Assembly: GCA_024280435.1 (NCBI GenBank)
Contig: JAJRQD010000018.1
Span: forward strand, 3,868-27,867
Direction: 5' to 3'
Origin: an archaeon
GTDB lineage: Archaea > Asgardarchaeota > Heimdallarchaeia > Heimdallarchaeales > Kariarchaeaceae
Length of the DNA stretch: 24,000 nt
The notes beneath the pieces are model-generated. The model saw only the letters and a program-made list of their open reading frames with translations. It did not search any database and was not told the origin of the DNA. Both the position numbers and the translations under genes were made by a program. Positions within the stretch are counted from its first letter, which is position 1. Each line of letters begins with the position of its first letter. Below are positions 7,429 through 14,566 of the stretch, piece by piece.

Positions 7429-8097
7429 CTAAATTATTAATTTGAATGAATCTTTGGTGGAACCTACCCATTTTGCCCTACCCTCTTCCACTAATGTATC
7501 AAAAATCTCTACAAATTCAGAAATTGGTAATGTACTCCAATCCTCACCCATATTTTGTAGTTCATAAAAGGTCAACACCTCTGCCGCATATCCTGTATCA
7601 AATAAATATGCAACAATAATTTCTTTCCATTGTTCATTAGTTTTATAATATACCCTTACTATGATATGATGGTCATCAATCCATTTTGCCAATCCATTCT
7701 CAACCATATCATTAACAATAATATCGAGTTGAGGTTTTGTCAGTTGTTTTCTAATTTTATTATTATTAAATGGGAATTGATCTTGTAGTTCAATAATACT
7801 GATAATATGTAATTTGAAATGTGATGAATAATCAATAATTAATGTTTTCCAAGATTCTTTCCATGATTGAAGATGACCTGCATGAGTTGGTTGTATGAAC
7901 ATCCACGGTTTATTAACCCAACCAGGCAAGTTATTTATGAATTCTTCCAATTTATTGACAACTTTTTGTTCTGATACAACCTCTATCTTCTGTTTATTTA
8001 CTTGAATTGGTTCTGAAGGCTTTGTTATTGTATCTTTTTTATCAACAACTTTTGATATATCTTTTTTTTCTTTTCTAGGACGCTCCTTGACAGACAT
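7429..8097 (-). CDS. vps25: ESCRT-II subunit Vps25, with a Lys-rich N-terminal extension
   Basis: 'WMFIQPTHAGHLQSWKESWKTLII', 'FPFNNNKIRKQL', 'AKWIDDHH..VRVYYKTNEQWKEII', 'VLTFYEL' and 'EEGRAKWVG' follow the tandem winged-helix motif order of Vps25. The first ~50 aa are Lys/Glu-rich and look disordered. Confidence 0.85.
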   Translation of the reverse strand: MSVKERPRKEKKDISKVVDKKDTITKPSEPIQVNKQKIEVVSEQKVVNKLEEFINNLPGWVNKPWMFIQPTHAGHLQSWKESWKTLIIDYSSHFKLHIISIIELQDQFPFNNNKIRKQLTKPQLDIIVNDMVENGLAKWIDDHHIIVRVYYKTNEQWKEIIVAYLFDTGYAAEVLTFYELQNMGEDWSTLPISEFVEIFDTLVEEGRAKWVGSTKDSFKLII

Positions 8098-8228
8098 GTA
8101 TAGTTAAATTGTAATTTCCTTGTTTTTATACCATTGTAAAGTATAATGAACAATTTATAAATCTATTAGTAAAAGATTTTGTTGAATTAAAATAAAACAT
8201 AAAGATACTTTCATCCTAAGCAATATAG

Positions 8229-9155
8229 ATGAGTATTCTTCAGATAAAGAGATTACAACAAAAATACCCAATTAATAAATCTTTATTGAAGAATTTCATT
8301 AGATGGTTAGGTATTGACGAAACAGTAAAATTACTGGAAATGAAACCAGATGACATTAAAAAGACTGTTAGGGTAAATTTACTCAAAATAACAATTGATG
8401 ATGTAATATTAAGATTGAAAAAAGAGGGAATAATAGCTAAAAAGATGGATGAAATTTATGAGGGCTTACATATAACTAATAATTGGAATAAAGTAGGAAG
8501 TAGTCAAAGTTATTTAAATGGAGAAATTATGCCTCAGGGATTAGGATCAATGTTAACAGTACATGCATTGGATCCGCAGCCAGGTGAGAAGATACTAGAT
8601 ATGGCTGCAGCACCGGGTGGGAAAACTTGTTTTATTGGTGAGAGAATGAAAAATACAGGAATATTAGTTGCAAATGATAAATCTAAAAGTCGACTGAGTA
8701 GTTTAATAAGTAATTTATCCCGCCATTCAATAGATAATGTTATCATAACAAATAGAGATGCTTCAAATATTAAAGATGGAGATTTCGATAAAATATTATT
8801 AGATGCACCTTGTACTGGTGAGGGATTAATAGTATCACATCCAAATAGGAAAACATCCAAATCAATAGTCAATAATTATGATATGCAAAAAATACAGATT
8901 ATTCTTATTAAAAGAGCGATTTCACTGTTAAAAATTGGAGGAGTATGTGTCTACTCAACATGTTCATTATCACCAATTGAAAATGAAGAGGTAGTACATT
9001 CAGTATTAAACCATGTAAAAATCGAACAAATACATATTGCAGGAGATCCAGGAAAGTCTGAACTTCATCCAGATTTCTACATGAGTAAGAGAATTTTGCC
9101 ATCCAAAATGTATTGTGATGGGTTTTTCATTGTTAGATTGAGGAGAGTGAAGTAA
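8229..9155 (+). CDS. NOL1/NOP2/Sun-family RNA cytosine-C5 methyltransferase
   Basis: SAM motif 'DMAAAPGGKT', motif IV 'LLDAPCTGEG', motif VI 'VYSTCSLSPIENEEVV'. Confidence 0.85.
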   Translation: MSILQIKRLQQKYPINKSLLKNFIRWLGIDETVKLLEMKPDDIKKTVRVNLLKITIDDVILRLKKEGIIAKKMDEIYEGLHITNNWNKVGSSQSYLNGEIMPQGLGSMLTVHALDPQPGEKILDMAAAPGGKTCFIGERMKNTGILVANDKSKSRLSSLISNLSRHSIDNVIITNRDASNIKDGDFDKILLDAPCTGEGLIVSHPNRKTSKSIVNNYDMQKIQIILIKRAISLLKIGGVCVYSTCSLSPIENEEVVHSVLNHVKIEQIHIAGDPGKSELHPDFYMSKRILPSKMYCDGFFIVRLRRVK

Positions 9156-9177
9156 AATAGAGATAATTACCAAAAGT

Positions 9178-9588
9178 ATGGTAGTTGATATTATACAATC
9201 CTATACCGGATATAATATAAATTTAATTGATCAGTATTATTACAAATTTACAATTGATAAAAAAAACTATATCACAACTAGCTCAAGCAATCTAGATACA
9301 CAGAAAATAAAATATGTATATTCCTGTGGGCTGCAAATAATAATGATAGACAATGATATATCATTATTACCAGGCTTGCTTGAAGTAATAATTAATATTG
9401 AACATGTATCAATAACTAAAAAACAATCTGTAAAATTTAGCTATGGGAAAAAGATTGAAATAAAAAATACAGATGGGCTATATATTGTTAGAGATGGATT
9501 TAACAGGAAAATAGGTATGGGAGAATTGAAAAATAATATATTAACTCCATTAATAGATCTTGGGTGGTATTTAAGAGAGGGAAAGTAA
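9178..9588 (+). CDS. nip7: NIP7-like PUA-domain protein (ribosome biogenesis factor homolog)
   Basis: The C-terminal 'LYIVRDGFNRKIGMGELKNNILTPLIDLGWYLREG' resembles the NIP7/UPF0113 PUA C-terminus ('..DiGeYLR.'). It sits directly after a NOP2-family gene. The N-terminal half is not recognisable by eye. Confidence 0.5.
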   Translation: MVVDIIQSYTGYNINLIDQYYYKFTIDKKNYITTSSSNLDTQKIKYVYSCGLQIIMIDNDISLLPGLLEVIINIEHVSITKKQSVKFSYGKKIEIKNTDGLYIVRDGFNRKIGMGELKNNILTPLIDLGWYLREGK

Positions 9589-9590
9589 TA

Positions 9591-10394
9591 ATGATAAGAT
9601 ATGTATTCAAAATTTATTATTTAGGTAACAAATACACTGGATCACAAAGACAAGCTAATGGTCAAGGTGTTTTCAATCATGTGGAAATTGCATTTATCAA
9701 ATCAAATTACATTAATTCATTTAAAGAAAGTAAATTCATTGCAATGAGTAGAACTGATGTAGACGTTAGTGCACTATCAAATGTATTTGTGTTAGAATTA
9801 AAGAATACTCCTCATCTAAACAAAATCAACAAATTTCTACCCAAGGATAATTCTATAATTATTTATGATTACGCAGAGATTGATGCAGATTTTAATCCTA
9901 GACATGTGCATCATAAAGTATACAAATATATGATAGAAAATCCAAATCAAGAAATTATTAATAAATTAAACAGAATTAAACATTTTGAAGGCACTCATAA
10001 TTTCTCAAATCTTATCAAAAAAGATGGTGCAGGCACTAAAAATCCAATAAGTAATATTTATCAAATTGATATACAGAAAATAAATACAAATTTTATAATT
10101 ACATTCAAAGGTGATAAATTTGGAAGAGAGCAAATAAGAAAAATAATTGGATATATAACAGATGAGAAATTTCTTGATATTGAGCCAAATGAGATACTTA
10201 TTCCTTCAGAAATAGAGGTATCTTCTGCAGATCCACAATTTCTAGTTCTATTTGATACAAAATATGATGGTAAAATTGATTGGCACTTCAATCAAAAAAT
10301 ATTACAATTCAGTAATTTAATCAAAAATAATGAATATTCAATAAATATAAAACTGTATCAGACGAGTATGTTAAAATTTTTGTTAAATACATAA
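9591..10394 (+). CDS. truA: tRNA pseudouridine synthase A family (TruA/Pus1-like)
   Basis: 'RYVFKIYYLGNKYTGSQRQ' matches the TruA N-terminus ('..i.YdGt.f.G.Q.Q'). 'SRTDVDVSALSNV' is the catalytic RTD motif, although the usual GVHA is divergent. ATG 9591 lies 2 nt after the upstream stop; I treat the 9564 extension in the ORF track as spurious. Confidence 0.65.
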   Translation: MIRYVFKIYYLGNKYTGSQRQANGQGVFNHVEIAFIKSNYINSFKESKFIAMSRTDVDVSALSNVFVLELKNTPHLNKINKFLPKDNSIIIYDYAEIDADFNPRHVHHKVYKYMIENPNQEIINKLNRIKHFEGTHNFSNLIKKDGAGTKNPISNIYQIDIQKINTNFIITFKGDKFGREQIRKIIGYITDEKFLDIEPNEILIPSEIEVSSADPQFLVLFDTKYDGKIDWHFNQKILQFSNLIKNNEYSINIKLYQTSMLKFLLNT

Positions 10395-10494
10395 GTTGAA
10401 AAAAAAAACATATGAAGTATGTATCAATTACACTTCTCATATTGCATAATTATACTATTTTAATACACTAAAAAGAAAAATCAACTAGGCGACT

Positions 10495-11046
10495 TTACTT
10501 ATGTAGATTGCCATATTTAACAAGAGTTTGTGCTAACTCATGTAATCTATTTTTAATATCAATATCAATACAATTACCTTCAGCATCAAATTTACTAGAT
10601 GCACTTGGTATTGATACATGATGAGGAACTATCCAAGCACGAAGATGACGTGCTACTAATCTCAATCCATTCAAAGAATTGGTTGCACCAATACTACCTC
10701 CTGCAACACCAATCAAACCAATCAATTTATTCTCGATTTCTTTTCTTCCAATCAAGTCAATTGCATTTTTCAATACTCCAGAATATGCACCATGATATTC
10801 AGGAGTTCCCCAGATAAGTACATCTGCATTATCTATTTTTGATTTGAATTTAAAATAATCCTTTGGAAAATCCTTTTCATTTTTAATCTGTTCACAGAAT
10901 GGAAGATTGTATTCACGTAAATCAACACAATCTATTTCAGCACCTAATTTCTGTGCTTCTTTTAAGGTAACACCAATTGCAAAACGTGTATAGCTCACAT
11001 CACGTAAACTTCCTGCGATTGCAACTATTTTTAGTGGTTTATCCAT
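10495..11046 (-). CDS. NAD(P)H-dependent FMN reductase family flavoprotein
   Basis: 'KIVAIAGSLRDVSYTR' and 'ADVLIWGTPEYHGAYSGVLKNAIDLIG' are classic FMN_red motifs. Confidence 0.8.
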   Translation of the reverse strand: MDKPLKIVAIAGSLRDVSYTRFAIGVTLKEAQKLGAEIDCVDLREYNLPFCEQIKNEKDFPKDYFKFKSKIDNADVLIWGTPEYHGAYSGVLKNAIDLIGRKEIENKLIGLIGVAGGSIGATNSLNGLRLVARHLRAWIVPHHVSIPSASSKFDAEGNCIDIDIKNRLHELAQTLVKYGNLHK

Positions 11047-11167
11047 AGTTTATTTCCGTGTTTATAACTTTAAAATATAAGGAAAATATCAATTATCTAT
11101 TACTCATTCCACACAAAAAAATTATTGCAGTAGACAAATATCAATCTAAATTTTGCTTTTGAGAATA

Positions 11168-11176
11168 TTTTAAAAA
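11168..11176 (-). terminator. Oligo-T tract directly after the tRNA-Ile 3' end
   Basis: The minus strand reads TTTTTAAAA immediately after the discriminator base. Archaeal termination commonly uses oligo-T. Confidence 0.4.
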
Positions 11177-11251
11177 TGGGCCACGCCAGATTTGAACTGG
11201 CGACCTCACGGTTATCAGCCGTGCGCTCTAACCAAGCTGAGCTAGTAGCCC
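11177..11251 (-). tRNA. tRNA-Ile (anticodon GAU), no encoded CCA
   Basis: The reverse complement folds as GGGCTAC-TA-GCTC-AGCTTGGTTA-GAGC-G-CACGG-CTGATAA-CCGTG-AGGTC-GCCAG-TTCAAAT-CTGGC-GTGGCCC-A. All four stems pair (one G-U), the anticodon loop is CT-GAT-AA, and a T-run follows directly. Confidence 0.9.
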
Positions 11252-11280
11252 TGTAAGTGTTATCTATTGATTTTATGTTC

Positions 11281-11320
11281 AATAAAAAACAATGAGGTGT
11301 TAACCTCTAATCTTTTTATT
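11281..11320. terminator. Hairpin flanked by an A-run and a T-run (bidirectional terminator-like element)
   Basis: GAGGT-gtta-ACCTC (11294-11307) is preceded by AATAAAAAA and followed by TAATCTTTTTATT. On the minus strand it sits about 80 nt downstream of the last micro-ORF and is followed by TTTTTT. Confidence 0.35.
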
Positions 11321-11397
11321 ACATAATTAGTTTTTTAATTTGTGGTTATTACATTAATTTTTAATCCATTTTCTAGTATTATTAGATTATATTCCAA

Positions 11398-11565
11398 TCA
11401 TAAATGGAACACAATATCTGCTGCTATATGTAATACAATCATTACAATACCAATCCACAATATCACAGATGATAATCGTTGAGTGTTACTGAATGTATTC
11501 ACTTGATTTATTATATCATCATATTCCTCTTTTGTTATCCAAATTCCTTTTTTATCTTCAGTCAT
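11398..11565 (-). CDS. Unannotated 55-aa single-TM protein with H-x7-H motif (4th gene of the micro-ORF operon)
   Basis: Hand translation gives MTEDKKGIWITKEEYDDIINQVNTFSNTQRLSSVILWIGIVMIVLHIAADIVFHL*. The ATG lies 3 nt after the upstream gene's stop. It falls below the ORF-track size cutoff. Confidence 0.5.
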   Translation of the reverse strand: MTEDKKGIWITKEEYDDIINQVNTFSNTQRLSSVILWIGIVMIVLHIAADIVFHL

Positions 11566-11568
11566 GAT

Positions 11569-11859
11569 CTACACCTCAACATATAATACAAAAACTACAA
11601 TTGAATTAAATAAAACTACAATTGTAGATATAAGCACATAACTTTTCAAAGATAGAAAATTATCACCTGATATATACTTACTTAATACTATGTAGAAACC
11701 AAATACACATAGTATGATTGCTATTATTAGAATAATAAAAATACCCAATGGTATCGGTTTACTTCCATCATCCACATCACTATGTGCCATGCTTGTAGTA
11801 ATATATGATAGCAATAAAATTGCAATAATTAAGAAGGAAAATTTGAATGAATATTTCAT
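11569..11859 (-). CDS. Small membrane protein (signal-peptide-like N-terminus plus two TM helices)
   Basis: Starting at ATG 11859 the product begins 'MKYSFKFSFLIIAILLLSYITTSMA' and then has two hydrophobic spans. The ORF-track TTG start at 11904 would overlap the upstream micro-ORF, so I prefer the ATG. Confidence 0.5.
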   Translation of the reverse strand: MKYSFKFSFLIIAILLLSYITTSMAHSDVDDGSKPIPLGIFIILIIAIILCVFGFYIVLSKYISGDNFLSLKSYVLISTIVVLFNSIVVFVLYVEV

Positions 11860-11866
11860 ATGATTT

Positions 11867-12007
11867 CTACTCCGGTAAAAAATGAAGAGCCATAGTGAAT
11901 ACAAGATGGAAAAATAATGTCATAGTTACTGCTAAAAGTGTCATTAAATTCTCTTTACTTGTGAATTTTGCAGCATTAAAATAATCGATTAGGTCTTCAG
12001 TATTCAT
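11867..12007 (-). CDS. Unannotated 46-aa single-TM protein with H-x7-H motif
   Basis: Hand translation gives MNTEDLIDYFNAAKFTSKENLMTLLAVTMTLFFHLVFTMALHFLPE*. Its ATG overlaps the upstream stop (TAATG). Confidence 0.45.
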   Translation of the reverse strand: MNTEDLIDYFNAAKFTSKENLMTLLAVTMTLFFHLVFTMALHFLPE

Positions 12008-12135
12008 TAATTACTACTCCAGTGTAAAATAGGATCCAATAGCATATGAAAACTAGTAAGCAATACAAGCGCAATTGTTCCTTTGACAACTGATTTTTGT
12101 TTTTCATTGATTATTTTCAATTTTTCAATTGCCAT
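12007..12135 (-). CDS. Unannotated 42-aa single-TM protein with H-x7-H motif (first gene of the micro-ORF operon)
   Basis: Hand translation gives MAIEKLKIINEKQKSVVKGTIALVLLTSFHMLLDPILHWSSN*. A TATA-like element lies about 25-35 nt upstream. Confidence 0.45.
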   Translation of the reverse strand: MAIEKLKIINEKQKSVVKGTIALVLLTSFHMLLDPILHWSSN

Positions 12136-12159
12136 GTGCATAGTTTAATTTTATAACTG

Positions 12160-12171
12160 CCTTATATTTAA
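12160..12171 (-). promoter_or_regulatory. TATA-box-like element upstream of the micro-ORF operon
   Basis: The minus strand reads TTAAATATAAGG, ending 24 nt before ATG 12135, which would give a leaderless or very short-leader mRNA. TATA-like strings are common in DNA this AT-rich, so specificity is low. Confidence 0.25.
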
Positions 12172-12253
12172 TTTCTGATAAATGAAAAACTAATGATTCA
12201 CTTCAATATTTTAGATTGATCTTATACTCCGGTAAAATTTGAAATCAAAAAAA

Positions 12254-13318
12254 TTATCCAAAACAATTCATAAATGGACTTTCTGTCATAAGAAAATATG
12301 AAAAGATTAGAACTTCTCTTTCTGATATATTATCTGGTGTCTCATATGGTGACCTTACTTTTTCAGCTTCATTGAGCCATAAATGAGCCATTATATAAAG
12401 GTCCAATGTAATTCCTTTTGGGTACATATCTTTTATTTCCATACTTTGATATTGATTATATGCATTCATATATCCCTGTATAAAATCATTCAATTCTACT
12501 TTTGTATTGATAACATTATTTGTTGATTTGTATTCTTCAAATGCCATATGAGCAAATATACTCGCAATATCAAACATCCTATCTTTCATCAAATTATCAG
12601 AAATTCTTGGTCCAAGATTGACTATAAAGGCAATCCCATTTTTTATATTTAATGTTGTTGTGGCCTCACCTGTCGGTTGGAATGTTATATTTTGTATTGA
12701 TGGATCTACAATAAGATCATATGCACCAAAGCTATCGGATATTTTGTTGAATTGATCTTCGAGTAAATATGAAAAAGCTTCTCTTTCTTCATCTGTAAGA
12801 GGCATATGTACAAGTAAAAATAAAATATATTCTCTGACAACACTCTCATCTGTGGGTATAGTTTTAGCACCATGTACGGCTGAAATTATCCTTCCAAGTA
12901 AATAATTTTTGGCCTCTCCAGATATTGATAGTTGATCAAGAGTGTATCCAGAATGAATTTGGAATACAATATATTTTTTATCATAAGAGCTTTGTATAAT
13001 TGGGTAAGTTCGTATATCATGGTATGATAGGAGGCTCTGTTCTAGATCAGAATATCTCCTCATATCTCTATCATAATTATCTTGAAAGAAATACTGCTTA
13101 ATTATTACATTCTGAACAAATTTTCCCTGATCAGTACCAAAATTGATTGTTACTGAAAATACATTGACATCCCCAACTTTCTCCACGTCATAATTGAAAT
13201 TATCTACATTTATAAATCTTGAGGGTATACCATCTGGACTCAATAATTGTTCTTTATACATAGGAGAGATTAACTCTAATATCTCAGTTATATCTGGCCG
13301 GGAAAATATAGAACTCAT
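12254..13318 (-). CDS. Hypothetical protein, possibly protein-kinase-like (APH/choline-kinase type) fold with a degenerate active site
   Basis: The motif order is suggestive: 'NVIIKQYF' (beta3 Lys), 'LGRIISAVHG', 'LIVDPSIQNITF' (D-x4-N catalytic loop, lacking the usual HG), 'AFIVNLGP' (Asn where the metal-binding Asp of DFG/IDF sits), 'DRMFDIASIF'. This is a by-eye call only. Confidence 0.3.
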   Translation of the reverse strand: MSSIFSRPDITEILELISPMYKEQLLSPDGIPSRFINVDNFNYDVEKVGDVNVFSVTINFGTDQGKFVQNVIIKQYFFQDNYDRDMRRYSDLEQSLLSYHDIRTYPIIQSSYDKKYIVFQIHSGYTLDQLSISGEAKNYLLGRIISAVHGAKTIPTDESVVREYILFLLVHMPLTDEEREAFSYLLEDQFNKISDSFGAYDLIVDPSIQNITFQPTGEATTTLNIKNGIAFIVNLGPRISDNLMKDRMFDIASIFAHMAFEEYKSTNNVINTKVELNDFIQGYMNAYNQYQSMEIKDMYPKGITLDLYIMAHLWLNEAEKVRSPYETPDNISEREVLIFSYFLMTESPFMNCFG

Positions 13319-13532
13319 ATTTTATTTATCAATCCAAAATCATTTAATAATCAATTGCTGAGTGGAATAGTATTTTTTGAAAAATTAGTTTATTTTTTTA
13401 TTTTATTCTCCTAAAAACAAATTAATTTAATAGATATTAAATTCTTTTTTATGTAAAGAATTCAAATTGAGATGTGTAGATCATGCACAATAATCATTTT
13501 TAACAATAAAACTAAAATTAGATTGAAATAGA

Positions 13533-13925
13533 TTGAACAGCTTATTTAATACTCGATACAATAATTTTTTAGTGAATACATTCAATAATTATAATTACTA
13601 TAAATTATTACTGATAATTAGTAGTTTAACACCCTTGAAGACTAAAATACTGCTTATACTGTCACATATATCACCTAAACAATTAACTGCAACTGAATTA
13701 ACTGCCCTGCTTGGTTATTCAAAAAGCTCAAGGATAATCTACAGAGGAGTTCTAGATGAATTGGAGAAAGATCAATTAATAAAATTAGTAAAAATATCAA
13801 AGAAAAAGTATTCAATTCAAATAAACATTAATCATCCAATGATGAATATATTAAATGAGTTAAGCTATGAATTTGGTGAGGACTATTCTCAAAGACTACT
13901 AGATATTTTGGAGGATAGAGAATGA
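13533..13925 (+). CDS. Winged helix-turn-helix transcriptional regulator (ArsR/MarR-like)
   Basis: 'LKTKILLILSHISPKQLTATELTALLGYSKSSRIIYRGVLDELEKDQLIKLVK' has the HTH-plus-wing layout. There is no in-frame ATG before the HTH, so the start is non-ATG and uncertain (TTG 13533 or GTG 13569). Confidence 0.5.
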   Translation: MNSLFNTRYNNFLVNTFNNYNYYKLLLIISSLTPLKTKILLILSHISPKQLTATELTALLGYSKSSRIIYRGVLDELEKDQLIKLVKISKKKYSIQININHPMMNILNELSYEFGEDYSQRLLDILEDRE

Positions 13926-14470
13926 ACAGAATTAATATTAAATTATTAACCATATTTTTTATTATTATAACTATAATCAGCTATAATTTATTGTCATCAT
14001 TGCCAAATAAGGAAATTAATACTGAAGATCAATCTATTAATGAAGTAAGTGAATTGGAAGGTATTGATATTTCACCCACACCAAAGAGATCAATGCATAA
14101 TTTTGTGAGTTCAGTTATAATATCATCAGTTATCATTACATTATTAGCAATCTACTACCAATTTTTTACATTGAACTCTGAGATTAGGAATTACATATTA
14201 TCAGCATTAACACTTGCAGGCTTTAAAAAAACAATGATGAAATTTCCCTCATTGATTGTTAGTGATGAGATACAATTGAAAATAACTGGAATGAAAAAAA
14301 TAAAAATTATTATTACAGGTCCTTTTTATGATAATTATCAAGAATTTGGATTACAAAAAAATATTAACAAAAAACTATCTATTTTATCAAGTAGAATAAT
14401 ATCAGATATAGAATTGTTACCATTAAAATTATTGCTATTCAAAGAGTATATACTTGAAAATAACAAATAA
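13922..14470 (+). CDS. Hypothetical membrane protein (2 predicted TM helices)
   Basis: ATGA start/stop overlap with the wHTH gene. Hydrophobic spans are 'LLTIFFIIITIISYNLL' and 'FVSSVIISSVIITLLAIYY'. I recognise no family motif. Confidence 0.5.
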   Translation: MNRINIKLLTIFFIIITIISYNLLSSLPNKEINTEDQSINEVSELEGIDISPTPKRSMHNFVSSVIISSVIITLLAIYYQFFTLNSEIRNYILSALTLAGFKKTMMKFPSLIVSDEIQLKITGMKKIKIIITGPFYDNYQEFGLQKNINKKLSILSSRIISDIELLPLKLLLFKEYILENNK

Positions 14471-14566
14471 AGAGAAACTAATACCATAATTTAATTGAAA
14501 ATATATAAAAATTCCATAGACAAAATGAAAAGAGCTAAAATAAATAAATAAATCATATTATTTGAA

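Noticed and set aside
9564-9590. Upstream extension of the TruA ORF that overlaps the NIP7-like gene
   Set aside because: ATG 9591 sits 2 nt after the upstream stop, and the conserved TruA N-terminus begins right there. The extension adds nine non-conserved residues.
6996-10817. Antisense or alternate-strand ORFs 6996-7217, 8534-8872, 8908-9102, 10061-10291 and 10599-10817
   Set aside because: All are embedded in strongly supported genes on the opposite strand (Vps22, the m5C methyltransferase, TruA, FMN reductase), so they are shadow ORFs.
11100-11282. 60-aa minus-strand ORF
   Set aside because: It is the translated tRNA-Ile gene plus flanks. The tRNA cloverleaf explains the sequence fully.
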